Part shown: positions 56,341 to 64,000 of the stretch, piece by piece | How positions within the stretch are numbered: position 1 is the first letter of the stretch | Layout: each line of letters opens with the position of its first letter | Assembly (NCBI GenBank): GCA_951406725.2 | Contig: OX597832.1 | Coordinates: 33,666,001-33,730,000 of the forward strand | DNA: 64,000 nucleotides | Source of the DNA: Octopus vulgaris | Lineage: Eukaryota | Direction: 5' to 3' | Notes under the pieces: model-generated | The model's input: only the letters and a program-made list of their open reading frames with translations | Database searches by the model: none | What the model was told of the DNA's origin: nothing | Translations under genes and position numbers: made by a program

Positions 56341-56556
56341 GAATAATGTATAAAGAGTAATACTCCTTGTAATTGTTCCAAGAGACGTGGGCATGGATGG
56401 GTGGCAAAAAAATTTGCATTACAATTACCAAATTTCGGTTTTAGCCACACTGCGCAGATCTTTGGGCAAATGTCTTTTGCTATAGCCTACCAATATTTTG
56501 GATCTGAATTTGCTAAAACAAAACCTGGTGGAAGCCTGTTGTATACATAGAGAGAG

Positions 56557-56598
<42 letters not shown>

Positions 56599-56638
56599 GT
56601 AGATAGCTAGATAGCTAGATACACACATATATAGATAT

Positions 56639-56703
<65 letters not shown>

Positions 56704-57579
56704 CAGATAGATAGATAGATAGATAGATAGACAGATAGATAGATAGATAGATATTTATTCATATGTATATATATATATGTGTGTCTATCGCTTGACAACC
56801 GGTGCTGTTTCGTTTACGCCCATAAATTAACGGTTCGGGAAATGAAACTGGAAGAATACATGCCGGACCGTAAAAAGCTAAATCCTGCGATCTATTTGTC
56901 CGACAGGAGCATTCAACTTGGTGTGCTAATAGCTGGGAAAATAAAAGATAAATCATGTAATTAACCGAAATGTGCAGTAAAAACTACATAATTACATAAA
57001 AAACATGATTACTCAAAAGCAGTTGTGTTCCAGACATGTGATTAAACATTTACCTTTAACTATTGTACCTATCCCAAGAATTTTATATTTTTCATGATGT
57101 AACAGAAGCACGCGCCGAAATGGAGACGCAGCTAATATCACGCCAACAAGAAAACAAAGTCCGACATAACACAGAGAAGGTATGGCACTCACAAATGTAT
57201 CAAAATATACATATTGAGAGACGAGGGATATAAAATAACGACAGGTAAACAAACTTACAAACAACTATCATTTAGAAATAAATGCAAAAAAAAAACCAGA
57301 GAAAAAAATAAATTCGATTATAAATCTAGAATGAAGGAGATAATTAAAAGCACCGAAGCCAAAGAGAAACAGGCAGGAATCTAGCAGCCATTCTGCAAAA
57401 GCAAAAGGAAGAGCAGTAAATATTCACAAGTATAAGACTACATCGTCAACAACGATTATAAAGATTTAAACTCAAATACGACAGTTTTAGCCTGAGAATG
57501 GCGGTGGCGCGAAACGCGTTTCACCTAATAATACAGTTTCTATAGAATGGCATACGGTCACACACATACACACACACAC

Positions 57580-59960
<2,381 letters not shown>

Positions 59961-60523
59961 TGTGTGTTTATATATGTATGTGTTGTGTGGAGGTGGCAGA
60001 CCCATTAACTCACAGATTTGTCCAGAATGTTATTGACTTGTCCTGGCGATCTTCAGCTCCAACAATGTGTCCTTTCTTTGTTCTTATGTTTCTTTTTTTT
60101 TCTGTGTTGCTCTTTATTTTGTGATTCTTTATTCGTTTATTTATCGAAATTCAGCAAAAAAAATCTTCAAGACTCATCTAATTAAAAATATAATTAAATT
60201 AATAAACTAATATAATAAGAAAATCAAAGAAATAAAGAAGCAAATAATTTTCGTTTAATTACATTCCATTTTAAATGAAACACGTATCACGCTAAATACC
60301 GATTCTTTCTCTCCTTCTTGTCTTCTTTGAATAGATTGGCAAACCATTTACCAAATGATGTGTCTGGAACTTTCTGCTATTGAGAACGAACGCAAATGTT
60401 ATTTTTAACACTTTCTTGTTTGATTGATGACATTTCGGTCTTGTCGCTCTATTTTTGTTTTTGTTTTTTTCAATGGCAGCCACGGCTTTATTTATGTCAT
60501 TACTTACTTGTAATACTCTGATT

Positions 60524-60897
<374 letters not shown>

Positions 60898-60899
60898 AA

Positions 60900-61637
60900 T
60901 AACGTGCTTTCACTGCACTACCTATCATAGCTCTGTTTGCCTTGCGCATGTGCTGTGGTTTGTTGTTGTGCTATTATCTTCACTGTATTGAAAGGGTTTT
61001 ACGTAGGATGTGTATGGTGCCTAGTAGTTCTATTTTCTGTACGCTATCTAGTCTAGGTGTTTTTGTTATATATTTGTCTGAATGTATTTTTTATCATATC
61101 TGATGCGCCTAATATTATAGGAATTAGCGATACCTCAATTTCCAGATGTTTCTATTTTGAATGTTTCTCCGTTTCTTTTAGAGTAAAATTTTCACCTGTT
61201 GGTATTGATACATCGATTAGAAAGTATTTTTTTCCTCTTGGTGATCTCTGACAACTATATCCGGCGTAATGGCCTTAATTTCTCATTTTCTGTGACCTTT
61301 TCTGGCGTGTGACTATACCATCTTTTTCCTGTTGTCATTCCCATTGTGTTGGTATAGGTTCCAGTGTTTATAGGTCCCCAACTCTGTCGTGTCTATGAAT
61401 ATATTCCTTATTAGCCAGGACTGGGAAACCAGAGACAATATGATTTATTGTTTCTTCTTCATCTGCACATATTCTGCAGTTACTTGTATTTTATTTCCCT
61501 GCGTGTTTTTGTAATTTCTGGTGGGAAAGCTTTGATCTTCTGCCGCAATTACAAATTCTTCAGTCTCTGCTTTGGGTCCTGAGCTTCCCAGCCATTGTTG
61601 GGATTTTGCTTCGTCTATTTCTTTTCTGTTTAGCTTA

Positions 61638-61640
<3 letters not shown>
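60900..61640 (-). mobile_element. R4/Dong-like LINE 3' fragment, same family as 4020-4600
   Basis: SQQWLGSSGPKAETEEFVIAAEDQSFPTRNY; 3' UTR ctttcactgcactacc..atgtgctgtggtttgttg is shared with 4025-4085; flanked by (ATT)n. Confidence 0.8.
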
Positions 61641-61704
<64 letters not shown>

Positions 61705-61711
61705 GGAGTGA

Positions 61712-62060
61712 TAGAGCAGTGCATGCCATCAAAGTGACATTGGAGTCAAAAATGCGAAGCCCATTATACACTTCATAACTGCCTGTCTAATAAGCGTACA
61801 CCAGGCACATATATCTCAACCGTGTGTGCGCGACTTGGTGATCTCATATTAAGATAAACAGCACATGACCTTTCAGGTGATACCTAGTTAGAAATTTTTT
61901 TCAGTTTGAGTAGCCTATCCCACCCAAAAGGTCACTGAATATAATTTATTTAAGGAAGTTGAACGAAACACCTATGTTTTCAGTGGTGAATTATTCAAAC
62001 TTCAAAGAATTCTTGTATCAAGATAAACAGTGCATGACCTTGCAGGTGTGGCCCAGGTGG
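61712..62060. repeat. Unclassified interspersed repeat with an internal duplication
   Basis: Start matches 3835-3920; aagataaacag..catgacc occurs twice (about 61851 and 62020). Confidence 0.55.
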
Positions 62061-62099
62061 GAATATGCTCAACTGATTAAGGTCAAACAACTGACAAGC

Positions 62100-62670
62100 C
62101 AATCTGTTGACGCGTGTAAGATGGAGCTGGTCATCAGCCGAGACCAACGAGAAGATCGTCCCGCCTTTTTTCTTTTCTTTTTTTTGATAGGAAAACGAAG
62201 ACAGTTTTCCTTTGTCTGGTGACTATGGCGAAAGAAGTGTATTGGACGAAGTTGAAACGACAGAAGATACATACGCTCCTCTTCTGCCAAGCCTTCATCG
62301 ACTTCTTCAAATTCCACTTGAAAAGGAACGTGGGGGTGGATGCGGAAGTTTGCGGTCAAACAACTCACAAGCATCTCTTTGGTACTAAGCAAAATATTTG
62401 CTATAGCCCATCTTTTATGCCAAGACAAAACAATATATATCATAAGACTTCCAGTGAGTAAAGATCCCAAGTCATGAGAGCCACTGACTGGTACTGCATC
62501 AGGTCATTTACTACTACTACTACTACTCTGCTGATAGCCAGATCCGTCTTACACGCGTCAACAGCTGTTCGACCACGCACCACAAGTCAGCAATACTCGA
62601 ACATAGGATGACTGCATGCAGAAAGGATTCGTACCCTGCACACATCTCAGTTCCGATTATCAGCGCTTCC
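62100..62670. mobile_element. Two L1/Tx1-like fragments in convergent orientation
   Basis: Plus 62100-62340 VFLCLVTMAKEVYWTKLK..FIDFFKFHLKR; minus 62526-62670 ESFLHAVILCSSIADLWCVVEQLLTRVRRIWLSAE. Confidence 0.65.
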
Positions 62671-63327
62671 GCACGTGTGTGTGTGTGTGTGTGTGTTGTG
62701 AGTGAATGAGTGATTATGTTAGTTCTGTAATCATCGTTTGTGAACCTGTGTTGGGGAGTTTACATCCCGTCACTTAGCGTTTCGCCAAAAGAAATGATGG
62801 TGCGCCAGGCATTAAAAGTATTGTGATCGATTTGTTTGGAGAATCCCTTTCAGGGTTTATTCAGGAATCATGGCAGAAGGATTAAATGCCATGACCAAAT
62901 CGTTAGGGAGTGGGAAATATTACGTTGCTATCTTTCTCGTTTGGATCTAATCATGGTCAGTTATATCGACAAACACCATCACTTCACAATGGCGGGCTTT
63001 GTGCCAAAATCAGCAATTATTATAAATTTTAAAGTGCAGCTTACAGCATTAACCGGTTTGTATTTCTTTACTCTGCCAAAGGCACAAATGGTTTGTAAAT
63101 TGTAAGTGATGGTGATTGTCCGACGGTAAAGTCTGTGCGATAATTTCAGCCAAATGTAGGATCAATTCAATCGATTGTACGCTCCGTCTATCGCAGACGA
63201 AGTGGGATGCTCTGGGAGGCCTTTTACGTAACTGCATGTTAACAGGCAGCGACTATATTAGAGAGATGTGTAAACAACTAGAAACAGACTCAGGAGAGAG
63301 ACTGAGAGAGAGAGAGAGTGTATGCGT

Positions 63328-63368
<41 letters not shown>

Positions 63369-63469
63369 TATGTGTGTGTTAGATGTTAAGTTGGATATCC
63401 TTCCAAAACTGATTAAAATCTCGATTCAAGAGCAGAGATGCCAGGATCACTGATGAACGTTGAGGTGGA

Positions 63470-64000
63470 GATGATGACAATGATGATGATGATGATGGTA
63501 GTGTAGAGATGGTTGTTGTGAAGAGGAGGAGGAAGAAGAAGAAGAGGTATATGCTGATGATTATGTTGAAAATTCTGATTGTGATGATGTTGGAGTGATT
63601 ACCGTGATAAACGATAGTGACTTCAATTATAAAGATGTCGATGGATGGCGGTGGAATTATGAGGATGATGATGAAGGAGATAAGGAGAATGAGGATGCGG
63701 ATGAGGAGGAGGGTGATGATAATGATAATGATAATGATGATGGTGATGATGATGTTGATGATGATGATGAAGTGGATGATGATGATGACCACCCAAACAA
63801 AATGTTGGAACTCTTAACTTTCACACTTTGGGAGTGATGACAATGATAACAATGAAGACGGTGACGACGACGACGATGATGATGATGATGATGACGACGA
63901 TGATGATGATGATGATGATGACGACGACGATGATGATCATGATGATGATGACGACGACGACGACGACGATGATCATGATGATGATGATGATGATGATGAT
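63470..64000. repeat. (GAT/GAC)n low-complexity tract
   Basis: Direct reading. Confidence 0.95.

Overview
AT-rich eukaryotic DNA saturated with microsatellites. It is most likely intronic or intergenic octopus/cephalopod sequence; this is inferred from recalled SINE families and repeat density, not from a search. No intact host protein-coding gene is supported, and almost all ORFs in the track are translated simple repeats. The recognisable content is transposable-element debris: one long, frameshifted R2-superfamily (HERO/NeSL-like) LINE, about 11 R4/Dong-like RLE-LINE fragments mostly beside (TAA)n tracts, CR1-like and L1/Tx1-like fragments, a truncated mariner with one TIR, several tRNA-derived SINEs (two with clear TSDs) and a Helentron/HINE-like end. 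The most notable signal is a set of type I hammerhead-ribozyme folds in short non-coding elements beside (TA)n tracts. One is near-canonical (52001-52091, minus strand) and lies in a perfect 110-bp inverted repeat; others have palindromic helix III and altered cores (CUGAUCA, CCGACGA, CUGUUGA), which suggests Penelope-like/retrozyme-type elements. All folds were derived by hand, and TE boundaries are approximate.
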